From Clostridia bacterium (lineage in GTDB: Bacteria; Bacillota; Clostridia; Christensenellales; Borkfalkiaceae): a stretch of DNA of 56,047 bases. The position numbers and the translations under genes were made by a program. How positions within the stretch are numbered: position 1 is the stretch's first letter; every line of letters begins with the position of its first letter. The stretch is from positions 1-56,047 of the forward strand of contig JAIDRY010000176.1 of NCBI GenBank assembly GCA_029061465.1, given 5' to 3'. Under the pieces are notes generated by a model. It was not told the DNA's origin. It worked only from the letters and a program-made list of their open reading frames with translations, and ran no database searches. Of the stretch, positions 28,909-37,094 are shown piece by piece.

Positions 28909-30081
28909 TTATTTAACTTTCTTTTTCTCCACGGTTCCGCCCGTGAGTATTATCATCTTCGCCGCCTCGATAGAGAAGCTGTCCGCAACCACGTGCAGTT
29001 GTTTGTCGAGATAGCCGCGCGCAAGCACCTTTAAGTAAGTTGTGTTTTTAGGGAACTTGGGCACGCGCTTTTTAACTTCTTCCAAAGTAACCGTTTCGCC
29101 GTCCTCGAAGTATCTTCCAAGAACGTCCACGTTGACGATTTCAACCTTACTCTTATCCGAATACTCTTTGCTTTCCTTAATGAGCTTTACGACCGCTTCG
29201 TCCTTTATAAGGTCGTTGACCTCGCCGACCGTAACTTCGTTTCTGGGTTTGAAGGCGTTGCCGCTCTGCGCGTCCTCGTCGGTCAACACTTTAATCAATC
29301 CTCTTTCAATCAACGGCTCGGTTTCCTCGTAAGGGTAGTCGGCTTTGTAGTCGTGCGCTTCAATGTCAAGCTTAACTCTGCCTTCGTTCGCCCTCGCAAT
29401 AAGCTCCTTGGAATAGTTGAGCCTTCTGTCGTTTTTAATGCGGTACAGAAGGGGCGTGCTCTCGTACGCGGCAACTTCCGATTTGTCTACTATAATGTAT
29501 TTGCTATCCGCAAACTCTGCGGGGTTAAGCGCGAGGAAAAGAGAAAGGCTCTTCCCGCGTATCGCCATCTTCGCAATCTTCTGCCTACCCGCGTTAAAAG
29601 TCTCATATCTCCAGCTCAATCTGCTTTTTACGCCCTTATAAGAGAGGAGTTCGTTTTTAATTTGCGAGTAGTATTCCTTTACGGTATCGGAAGACTGAAT
29701 GAGTTTAGCGGTAAAGCTCTTTTTATACTTTATGACTATGTAACGGACTTCGCCGCGCGGCGTCTGTATCTTCATAATCTCTTCGTCGCGTTCTTCTTCC
29801 GCGTCGTCCGCTTCCCCCGCCGTTTCCTCCGTTAATGCGGGGATATTGTCGACTTTTTCCTCTTTGACCGTTTCTTTGATATCTGCGGGACGTTCGCTCT
29901 TTACTTCCTTAACGGGAGCTTTCTTTTCGGCAGGCTGCTGTGCTTTTACAGTTTTCTTGGCCGATTTTCTGCGCACCGCCAAAAAGGCGAAAACGCCGCC
30001 CACGATTAAAGCCAGCGCCGCTACGATTATAATTACCGTTTCAACAGCGCCCAGCCCTGCGGATAAATCAATGATATTCAT
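28909..30081 (-). CDS. membrane-anchored protein with uL15-like C-terminal domain
   Basis: N-terminal TM helix (VIIIVAALALIVGGVFAFLAV) followed by a Lys/Glu-rich linker. The last ~75 aa (VNVDVLGRYFEDGETVTLEEV...YLKVLARGYLDKQLHVVADSFSIEAAKMIILTGGTVE) align by eye with the C-terminus of ribosomal protein uL15. Confidence 0.6.
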   Translation of the reverse strand: MNIIDLSAGLGAVETVIIIVAALALIVGGVFAFLAVRRKSAKKTVKAQQPAEKKAPVKEVKSERPADIKETVKEEKVDNIPALTEETAGEADDAEEERDEEIMKIQTPRGEVRYIVIKYKKSFTAKLIQSSDTVKEYYSQIKNELLSYKGVKSRLSWRYETFNAGRQKIAKMAIRGKSLSLFLALNPAEFADSKYIIVDKSEVAAYESTPLLYRIKNDRRLNYSKELIARANEGRVKLDIEAHDYKADYPYEETEPLIERGLIKVLTDEDAQSGNAFKPRNEVTVGEVNDLIKDEAVVKLIKESKEYSDKSKVEIVNVDVLGRYFEDGETVTLEEVKKRVPKFPKNTTYLKVLARGYLDKQLHVVADSFSIEAAKMIILTGGTVEKKKVK

Positions 30082-30129
30082 ATGTGTAGCACCCCTTTTC
30101 TTTCAGTATATGCAAATAAATTCAGCCGT

Positions 30130-31311
30130 TTATTTTTTATGCAGCTTAGATACGCCAGTCTTTACAGCCGCCTTTGCAACCGCATTTGCCACGGCTTCGT
30201 GAGCGCGCGGGTCGTACGCATACGGCAGGATATATCCGGGGGAAAGCTGGTCGTCCCTCACGCACGAAGCTATACCGAGGGCGGCGGCTTTCATCATCTC
30301 GTAATTTATCGTGCTTGCCCTGACGTCGAGCGCCCCGCGGAAAAGTCCGGGGAAAACGAGCACGTTATTAATTTGGTTGGGGTATTCGCTGGAGCCAGTT
30401 CCGACTATTGCCGCGCCTGCGGAAAGCGCGTCGTCCCTCGGAATTTCGGGTACGGGATTTGCGCAGGTGAAAACCACCGCTTTTTCCGCCATAGACTTAA
30501 CCATATCCTTGGTTACACAGTTGGGGGCGGATACGCCTATGAACACGTCTGCGCCCTTCATTGCGTCCGCAAGCGTGCCCTTTATATGTGCCTTGTTCGT
30601 TACTTTTGCAACTTCTTTGTGGGCGGGATTAAGCGTTTCGTCGCCGTCGCAGATTATGCCGAATTTATCAACCATAATCAAATCGCTGACGCCGAACGAA
30701 AGCAAAAATTTTCCTATCGAAACGCCCGCCGCACCGGCGCCGTTTATGACGACTTTTATATCGGTTATCTTCTTTCGGACGACTTTAAGCGCGTTTATAA
30801 GCGCCGCCGCCATGACTATCGCCGTGCCATGCTGGTCGTCGTGGAATACGGGAATATCGAGCTCCTCTTTGAGCCGCGTTTCAATCTCGAAACAGCGGGG
30901 TGCGGAAATATCTTCAAGGTTTATTCCGCCGAAGCTCTTTGCCATTATCTTTATTGTTTTTACAATCTCATCCGTGTCCTTGGTGTCAAGGCAAATAGGG
31001 AAAGCGTCCACTCCGCCGAAAGCTTTGAATAGTGCGCACTTGCCTTCCATAACCGGCATACCCGCCTCCGGCCCTATGTCGCCCAACCCCAGAACGGCCG
31101 TGCCGTCCGTGATTACCGGAACGGTGTTCCACCGCCTTGTCAAATCAAAGCTCTTAGTCTTGTCGGCGTGTATCGCCAAACACGGCTCGGCGACGCCGGG
31201 GGTGTACGCAAGCGACAGCGCCTCGCGGCTGTCAACGGGCACGCGGACGGAAGTTTCTATCTTCCCGCGCCATTCGGCGTGTCTTTTAAGCGACTGCTCT
31301 CTGTAATTCAT
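30130..31311 (-). CDS. NAD(P)-dependent malic enzyme (short MaeB-type)
   Basis: 393 aa with malic-enzyme N-domain motifs (LAYTPGVA, VITDGTAVLGLGDIG) and the Rossmann motif VVINGAGAAGVSI. Confidence 0.9.
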   Translation of the reverse strand: MNYREQSLKRHAEWRGKIETSVRVPVDSREALSLAYTPGVAEPCLAIHADKTKSFDLTRRWNTVPVITDGTAVLGLGDIGPEAGMPVMEGKCALFKAFGGVDAFPICLDTKDTDEIVKTIKIMAKSFGGINLEDISAPRCFEIETRLKEELDIPVFHDDQHGTAIVMAAALINALKVVRKKITDIKVVINGAGAAGVSIGKFLLSFGVSDLIMVDKFGIICDGDETLNPAHKEVAKVTNKAHIKGTLADAMKGADVFIGVSAPNCVTKDMVKSMAEKAVVFTCANPVPEIPRDDALSAGAAIVGTGSSEYPNQINNVLVFPGLFRGALDVRASTINYEMMKAAALGIASCVRDDQLSPGYILPYAYDPRAHEAVANAVAKAAVKTGVSKLHKK

Positions 31312-31414
31312 AAGTTCTACCTGCCGTATATTTTCGTCAACGCGGACGACGGATATATTATATCACCTTTTCCGCTTCGTTTTCAAGGGTTTTCAAAAAC
31401 TTTTTCACTCCGCT

Positions 31415-31455
31415 TAAAAAAACTTACAGCCGAAGCGCACCGCCCCGGCTGTAAG
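31415..31455 (-). terminator. intrinsic terminator after the FtsZ-like gene
   Basis: Stem CTTACAGCCG (31423..31432) pairs with CGGCTGTAAG (31446..31455). On the minus strand TTTTTT follows (complement of 31415..31420). Confidence 0.7.
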
Positions 31456-31471
31456 TTTATTCGTTTAGTCC

Positions 31472-32347
31472 CTAAGCTTTTTTCGAAGCCAGAATTGAAA
31501 CCCTTACTTCATTCTTTAAGCTTTCGTTTATGTCCGCCGAAAACATAACGGTTGCAGTAGGCGCCACCAGCTCCATTACGGCGTTTGCTGCGGCTTCCAT
31601 CTCTTTAAGATTTAAATCGGCTCCTTCAACGCGCACGATAAGCTTGTCCGCATTTTCAAAAGCCGTTTCAGATAACGTGTTGTGCGCCGCGTGATTTACC
31701 GCATCAACCGCCTTTTCGCTTCCTCCGCCTATGCCGACGCCGAAGTAAACGCTGCCCGCGCCCCTGATAGCAAATAACAAATCTTCGAAGTCCAAATTGA
31801 TTAGAGAAGACTTTACGACGGGGGATATTATAGAGTTTAGCGCCTCGAACAGTACCGCGTCGACATATCTCAAAGCACCGCTCATTGACATACTTTCCGG
31901 CACAACTTCTTGTATTTTATCGCACTGAACGGCAATTGTCATATCCGCTTTTTCTCTCAGCACCTTCAATCCCTTTTTTGAATTTTTAAGCCGCGTCCCA
32001 TCTTCAAAGGAAAACGGAACACACACCGCCGCTACCGTAGGTACGCATATATCCTTGGCTATTTCGGCTATAAGATGGGTTACTTCGGAGCCAAATCTAC
32101 CGCCCATACCCGCAGTCAAAACGACAAGGTCCGCGCCTTTAACCGCAGCTTTTAACAAATCTTTTTCCTCCGCCGTAGGCATTGAGCCGAGCACTATTTT
32201 ATTATTGCAGGTCGATTGATACAGCTCATTATCACTGCCGACCAGATAAAATTCCACTGAATTGTATTGCTTATACCGCAACATATCCGCCACTTTACAG
32301 CCTGAACCACCCACGCCGAACACTTTAATTTCAGGAAATTTTTGCAT
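31472..32347 (-). CDS. FtsZ/tubulin-family paralogue with degenerate GTP-binding motifs
   Basis: 291 aa. Colinear by eye with FtsZ: IKVFGVGGSGCKVADML vs IKVIGVGGGGNNAVNRM, and NLDFEDL vs NLDFADV. The tubulin signature GGGTGTG is replaced by GGRFGSE, the T3 GLGAGANP segment is absent, and there is no C-terminal linker or tail. Confidence 0.7.
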   Translation of the reverse strand: MQKFPEIKVFGVGGSGCKVADMLRYKQYNSVEFYLVGSDNELYQSTCNNKIVLGSMPTAEEKDLLKAAVKGADLVVLTAGMGGRFGSEVTHLIAEIAKDICVPTVAAVCVPFSFEDGTRLKNSKKGLKVLREKADMTIAVQCDKIQEVVPESMSMSGALRYVDAVLFEALNSIISPVVKSSLINLDFEDLLFAIRGAGSVYFGVGIGGGSEKAVDAVNHAAHNTLSETAFENADKLIVRVEGADLNLKEMEAAANAVMELVAPTATVMFSADINESLKNEVRVSILASKKA

Positions 32348-32484
32348 AACCGTTCTCCTTTGTGTAATTATAACTTATCCTTTCAAAATTTGCAAATTTA
32401 ATATTGCCGCCGCTTGACAATTTAAAATGCGTTTGGTAAAATTAAATACGCATTGAAAGCCCAAGCTTTCAAAATAAGTAATAC

Positions 32485-32571
32485 GCCCGAGTGGTGGAAT
32501 AGGCAGACGCAAGGGACTTAAAATCCCTCGGTAGAAATACCGTGCCGGTTCAAGTCCGGCCTCGGGCACCA
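32485..32571 (+). tRNA. tRNA-Leu (anticodon UAA), class II with long variable arm, encoded CCA
   Basis: Acceptor stem GCCCGAG/CTCGGGC. Anticodon stem AGGGA/TCCCT with loop CTTAAAA. Variable arm CGGTAGAAATACCG. T-arm GCCGG-TTCAAGT-CCGGC. 3' end ACCA. Confidence 0.93.
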
Positions 32572-32606
32572 GTAACGCAAGTTGAACTGCAAAAGTTTGG
32601 CTTGCT

Positions 32607-33641
32607 TTATTTTTTGCAAAGCCTTTTATCTTCTTTAAATTTCTTTTTAATCGGACTACCCTCTGCACGATAAATATTTAGATTGTCTAAATCAAAAATT
32701 GAACTCCAAACAGTTTCAAAATTTAATTCTTTTTCATATTGACACATAAAGCCATATTCGCCCTTTAATAATTTTTGAGTGTTTGCAATCAAATCACCTT
32801 GCAATATATCAGGTAAAGACTTAATTACAACATTATATCTTTCAACTGAATTATATACGTTGCCGTCAGAATAATCATACTGTTTCATATTTTCTGATGT
32901 GAAATTATTAACGGTACATATAATTTTCCCACAGCGCGTTTCAATAGGGCGTCTTAGTTGTTTTAATGACGGTGTACATTCCACAACCACCATTTTGCCG
33001 GATTTGTCAGCAAGTAAAATATTACAATTTGAAGCAATAGGCAGTTCATTAAGTAGCGTTATGGCGTGGTCGGTACTTTTTGCTTTTTCAAGCAAATAAC
33101 GCACGATAAAGCAAGAATTGAAACCTGCTTTTATTGCTTCAAGTTTAGTATTGACGAATGTCATAGATACCGCAAGACCGTGCTCATTTAATCCTTCTTC
33201 ACCGTTTATAAAAGAAGAAGTCGTAAGATTGAACCTATTTGCGCCTGCCGGAGAATAAATTTCACTTTTACTGCCATCACGAAGATACGGCGGCAAATCG
33301 TTATTTCTGCCATATATAATGCGCTTATCGTCCGCAAACGCAAATGCCGTACAGCCGCGTACTTCAACGGGAACGTTACTTTCCAAGTTGTACATACAAC
33401 AACCCATACACAAAAGCCACGCCGAAAATTCTTGATAGTCTGCTTTTATCGTATCGGTAACGCCGTTTATTTCTTCGCATACTTCAGGGAAAAATTTTTG
33501 TAACTGCTTTTCACTTTCATATCCGTGCTTTCTTTGAAAATTATCCAAATCAAGCGGAAAAGTTATATTAAATTTATTAAAAATTTTTCCGCGCTTAACC
33601 CCCATTTCATAGTGCTTGCCTTTTAATCTCAAATGATACAT
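32607..33641 (-). CDS. Ntn-hydrolase, peptidase C45 / choloylglycine-hydrolase-like
   Basis: 344 aa. An internal Gly-Cys autoprocessing-type site in VRGCTAFAFADD is followed by YGRNNDLP. The size and pattern are typical of the C45 acyltransferase/hydrolase family. Confidence 0.6.
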   Translation of the reverse strand: MYHLRLKGKHYEMGVKRGKIFNKFNITFPLDLDNFQRKHGYESEKQLQKFFPEVCEEINGVTDTIKADYQEFSAWLLCMGCCMYNLESNVPVEVRGCTAFAFADDKRIIYGRNNDLPPYLRDGSKSEIYSPAGANRFNLTTSSFINGEEGLNEHGLAVSMTFVNTKLEAIKAGFNSCFIVRYLLEKAKSTDHAITLLNELPIASNCNILLADKSGKMVVVECTPSLKQLRRPIETRCGKIICTVNNFTSENMKQYDYSDGNVYNSVERYNVVIKSLPDILQGDLIANTQKLLKGEYGFMCQYEKELNFETVWSSIFDLDNLNIYRAEGSPIKKKFKEDKRLCKK

Positions 33642-34339
33642 TTAGTTCGCTCCTTATATGGTTTTATTGGAACGTAACAGAATAAAAATTTTACGTCAAG
33701 CGTTTTTTTCATAAAATCTGGACTAATCTTATCTTTCGTGCCGTCATCCGTCAGTTCAAACAGAAAGTCCTGAATGTCTTTCCTCGTTGTTTCGTTGACC
33801 TGGTAATGTCCGAACTTCGGCAGAATGTTCCTCGTCAGCAAGTTGACGTAACTTTTATAAGTGGTATCCTTAACCGTTTGCTTCTTGACTTTCAGCCAAT
33901 CGTTTATGAAGTCTGCGAATAGAGGGTAGCCTGCGTTTTGCTTTGCCTTTTCTGTTGTAAGCAGCTTGTCCAAGAATTTTTGTCTCATTATATCGAAGCT
34001 CTTGGACGCAACCTCGATATTGTAACCGTCTCTGCGGAACCGTGCTTGATACAAGCCGTCCACATAGCGGTAGGTTACTATTTTGTCGTTGATTGTAAAT
34101 AATTTCTTTAAGTAGTCGGGCATAGAATTTATCTCCTTTGATTTGAATTTGATAAATCCGTTTGTGCCGTTCTCCTTAAAACCAGCTTTAACTTCCTTTT
34201 TAGTAAGTACTTTCAACCTGTCCAGAGTTATGCTTTCGGAAGCCGCTTTTAATATAATTTGCGTAACTTCGTCGCGCTCGTTCTCGGACGGTATATACTT
34301 AATTGCATTTAATACTTTTTGTAATTCGATGTCTGTCAA
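33629..34339 (-). pseudogene. tyrosine recombinase/integrase, N-terminal fragment only (catalytic domain missing)
   Basis: Arm-binding-like segment YRYVDGLYQARFRRDGYNIEVASKSF. Core-binding (SAM-like) segment FADFINDWLKVKKQTVKDTTYKSYVNLLTRNILPKFGHYQVNETTRKDIQDFLFEL. The ORF then degenerates and stops at aa 236 with no R-H-R-Y catalytic domain. The 3' end overlaps the C45 gene start by 13 nt. Confidence 0.65.
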
Positions 34340-34396
34340 GTATCCTTATTCGGACAGGCGGTTTTCTATTTTACCGCGCCCTTATAGCTTTGAATA

Positions 34397-34639
34397 CTAT
34401 GTTCTCTTTTCATTGCATGTTCCTCCTTCTGAGTTATTTGTATTCAGTTGTTCTTTTAATGCTGTCCAGCCCACATAAATAAGCTGGACTTTTTGTATGC
34501 GGTTGGCTTTAAGGAACTTGTTCAATTCCTCAAAGTCTTCGCGTTTCATTGAGGTTCCCCAAACCGCGTGGGCGGCTTTGCGTTCCTCTTTGTGTTTGTC
34601 TTCGTAACGTTTGTCTATTTCCGACTTCGGTTGTTTCAT
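34397..34639 (-). CDS. small basic hypothetical protein (mobile-element associated)
   Basis: 80-aa ORF that overlaps the upstream TnpV-like gene by 4 nt. No motif recognised. Confidence 0.4.
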   Translation of the reverse strand: MKQPKSEIDKRYEDKHKEERKAAHAVWGTSMKREDFEELNKFLKANRIQKVQLIYVGWTALKEQLNTNNSEGGTCNEKRT

Positions 34640-35010
34640 ACGACTTCCTCCGTATAAATTAGTTCGCTTAAAATTTCTTCTTCGATTGCGTGTTGCAGAG
34701 CGGTCCGTCTGCGGTAATCTTCCATAAACTCACCCGTCCGTTTGTACTGCGGAGAGAGGGAGAGTTTTGCGTAGAGGACGTTGTACATATCCTCGGCTTG
34801 CTTGTCCACGCCGTGAAGATAGGCGGGAAGGTCGGCTATCGTCCAGTCGAGTCCTTTGTCTTCCAGATATTTGTGTTTGAGCGTTCCGTACTTGCCGTAA
34901 ACGTGCTTTTGCGGTTTCACAAGTTGTTGATACCGTTTGATTTCGTCTATGGTCAATCCCTCGTTTCTTTCGGTTTTTGCCAATAATTTTTTGTCTGTCA
35001 TCTTCTGCAA
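34636..35010 (-). CDS. tnpV: TnpV-like transposon-associated protein
   Basis: 124 aa. The pattern YGKYGTLKHKYLEDKG...YLHGVDKQAEDMYNVLYAKL...ALQHAIEEEILSELIY resembles the TnpV proteins of clostridial mobilisable transposons. Confidence 0.55.
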   Translation of the reverse strand: MQKMTDKKLLAKTERNEGLTIDEIKRYQQLVKPQKHVYGKYGTLKHKYLEDKGLDWTIADLPAYLHGVDKQAEDMYNVLYAKLSLSPQYKRTGEFMEDYRRRTALQHAIEEEILSELIYTEEVV

Positions 35011-35086
35011 ACACCTCCGATAAAAAATGTTAATACGATTATAACGATCCGGTTCCGAATGTCAAGAATATAATTAATAAAATTTT

Positions 35087-35992
35087 TTAATCTTCATCCT
35101 CATCTTCGTCCGGCATATACAGTTGGTCGTATTCGTCACCTTCGTAACGGTTGTATCTTCGCTTTTGTGCGTCGCAAGTGTACCAAGTGGGCGATAAGCT
35201 TTCTCCACGTTTGACGTGATAGTTTTCTGAAACCTGCTGATAAAAGTCTTCTTGTAAAGAAGAGTATGTGGTTTCTCCGCCACGTTCTTTCCAGAATTGG
35301 TAGTGAGATAGGAAAGGCTTAGAAGAATAAACGGTTTCATATATAAAGTTGCCATTTAAATCTTTAGCCTGCAAGTAACCGCCGCTTGGACTGCGTTCGT
35401 GACTGTAAATTTTTCTTTGCATACTGTTTGTTACGGGCAAGTAGTAAACTTCTAAAACGTGCCTGTTTTCTTTTTCCAATACATAGGCGAACATTATGTT
35501 TCTGTCTGTTCCATTATAACCTATATATCGAATAGCAAAACCGTAACACCACTTGAAGTACTGTAATCTTTCTTCGTCACTCATATCTTCCCAGAACTCA
35601 CTGTTCCCACCGAAAGCCATACACTCATAGTAAATACTGCGTTTTGTCTTATGGAATTGTAAATTCATTTCGTTAAATACCTGTTGCCAGCTTTCTTCAA
35701 AAGTTAGTGCTTTGGGCTTAAAGAACATAACGGCATATTCAGCATAACAGCTCTCTAAATACTCGTCCATTTTAACGAAGTCCTGTTTATGGGTAATAAT
35801 AGAAACAGTTGCATGTGGCGGACGTGGATAAAGCTGTATGCGCTTACCGTCTACGTACATATAGTTTTTAGACTCTTCGATAAGATACCCGTCCGCATCT
35901 CTGTAAATTTTATATCTTTTAATAATATACCTCCTAATTATTTTTAGCCGCTTGACATTAAAACTTTCTTGTAGTATTATGATAATGAACAT
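35087..35992 (-). CDS. hypothetical protein, acidic C-terminus; distant Mob/Pre (MobV)-like pattern; start uncertain
   Basis: 301-aa ORF. The ATG at 35992 lies inside repeat copy 1. An in-frame AGGAGG (35935..35930) suggests a downstream start, and the next ATG is at 35860. The segment QYFKWCYGFAIRYIGYNGTDRNIMFAYVLEKENRHVLEVYYLPV resembles the MobV block around HxDExxPHxH, but the histidines are not conserved. Confidence 0.45.
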   Translation of the reverse strand: MFIIIILQESFNVKRLKIIRRYIIKRYKIYRDADGYLIEESKNYMYVDGKRIQLYPRPPHATVSIITHKQDFVKMDEYLESCYAEYAVMFFKPKALTFEESWQQVFNEMNLQFHKTKRSIYYECMAFGGNSEFWEDMSDEERLQYFKWCYGFAIRYIGYNGTDRNIMFAYVLEKENRHVLEVYYLPVTNSMQRKIYSHERSPSGGYLQAKDLNGNFIYETVYSSKPFLSHYQFWKERGGETTYSSLQEDFYQQVSENYHVKRGESLSPTWYTCDAQKRRYNRYEGDEYDQLYMPDEDEDED

Positions 35993-36115
35993 TACATTTG
36001 ATAAAATAAACTCTCGTCAGAGAGAGCAATATTATTGTGATAATGAACACCAAGAACTATAAAAGAAAGCCGCTGTTACTTGGCTACATTTGCATTATAT
36101 CACGATAATGAACAC
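35981..36115 (+). repeat. three direct copies of GATAATGAACA in a divergent intergenic region (operator/iteron-like)
   Basis: Copies lie at 35981..35991, 36039..36049 and 36104..36114, spaced 58 and 65 bp apart. The extended contexts are ATTATGATAATGAACATT, ATTGTGATAATGAACACC and ATCACGATAATGAACACT. Confidence 0.75.
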
Positions 36116-36143
36116 TTGTCAAGAGGTTTAATTACATTTTTTT

Positions 36144-36971
36144 ATGAAAAAAGAAAATAATAACGAAATTATTTCAAATTTAAAGTTGGGACAAGAAACC
36201 TTTTCACGCAATATTGGTTTAAGTAAGCAAATATACTTTGGCTTAACTTATGAAGATATTACAAGATATACCGGTATTCCGCAACCTACTATGCTTTCTT
36301 ATGATAAATACTGGGTGTCACCTTATATCTCTGTTGCAAAACAAATAGCAGAATTGTACTGTGTAGATTTAGATACGTTTTGTCGTAAAGATATAGGCTT
36401 TTATAAAGTTGAGCAATTCCAATTGCTTAAAAGATTTGTAAGTAGAGTAGGCGGAGATTACAGCAATATTAAAGAAAAAATAAACGGTTGGATAGAAGAG
36501 CAGTTAAGTGTAAATGAACTCGGTATCTATGAGGAAATAAACAATCAACTAAAAGCAGAGATAGCAAGACTCAATAAAGAAGAACGTGCTGTTGAAATAA
36601 AAAGAGATGACAGAATTGCTGAAAACTTTTCAAGAAACTTTAACAACTTACATAAAAATTTATGTGTCAGTTACAGAAAGATAAGCACTGCATTGGATAT
36701 TTCCATAGGCAACTTAACTCGCCTTAAAAAAGGCGGTGAGCCTATGCTTGAAACTGTTATTAAACTGTCGGCATTTTTCGGTACAACAATAGAGCAAATG
36801 ATTTCAGATAGTCCTGATTTCCATTACGGATACTTGCAACAAGAAGTAGGAAAGTTTAATAATAGATTTGGTGAAATATCTTCTGAAGACATACATTTAT
36901 ATAACCACAAGAAGGCAAATCTATTACCCAAAGAGCAAGCAAAGAAACTTGTTGACGAGTTACTTAATTAA
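36144..36971 (+). CDS. transcriptional regulator with two XRE/Cro-C1-type HTH domains
   Basis: 275 aa. HTH 1 is near LTYEDITRYTGIPQPTMLSYDKY. HTH 2 is near VSYRKISTALDISIGNLTRLKKGGEPMLETVIKLSAFFGTTIEQMI. A coiled-coil linker joins them. Confidence 0.7.
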   Translation: MKKENNNEIISNLKLGQETFSRNIGLSKQIYFGLTYEDITRYTGIPQPTMLSYDKYWVSPYISVAKQIAELYCVDLDTFCRKDIGFYKVEQFQLLKRFVSRVGGDYSNIKEKINGWIEEQLSVNELGIYEEINNQLKAEIARLNKEERAVEIKRDDRIAENFSRNFNNLHKNLCVSYRKISTALDISIGNLTRLKKGGEPMLETVIKLSAFFGTTIEQMISDSPDFHYGYLQQEVGKFNNRFGEISSEDIHLYNHKKANLLPKEQAKKLVDELLN

Positions 36972-36983
36972 ATAAAATAACAT

Positions 36984-37011
36984 AAGGTGTGGAGCATAAC
37001 CACACCTTTTT
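36984..37011 (+). terminator. intrinsic terminator
   Basis: Stem AAGGTGTGG (36984..36992) pairs with CCACACCTT (37000..37008), followed by a T-run. It lies 13 nt after the stop at 36971. Confidence 0.8.
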
Positions 37012-37017
37012 CATTGT

Positions 37018-37091
37018 TTTTGTCTAAAAAAGTTTAAAAAGAACCTTTTGTTGTAGTGTTTTTGGGATAAATTAGACTATTTTAGACAAAA
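37018..37091. promoter_or_regulatory. TAGAC-type operator repeats upstream of the operon-A promoter
   Basis: TTTTGTCTAAAA (37018..37029) is the exact inverted repeat of TTTTAGACAAAA (37080..37091). TTAGAC also occurs as a direct repeat at 37072..37077 and 37082..37087, 10 bp apart and abutting the -35 box. Confidence 0.5.
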
Positions 37092-37094
37092 GTA

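Noticed and set aside
30082-31306. 316-aa and 331-aa plus-strand ORFs
   Set aside because: Both are antisense to the malic enzyme gene, which has strong motifs. Their translations are Ser/Arg/Cys-rich nonsense.
32572-32606. Hairpin GGCTTGC...GCAAAGCC after the tRNA as an att site or terminator
   Set aside because: The stem is imperfect, with a bulge. It overlaps the 3' end of the C45-like gene and has no second copy in the window, so the evidence for either role is insufficient.
32375-32668. 97-aa minus-strand ORF
   Set aside because: It runs antisense straight through the tRNA-Leu gene. The tRNA call is much stronger.
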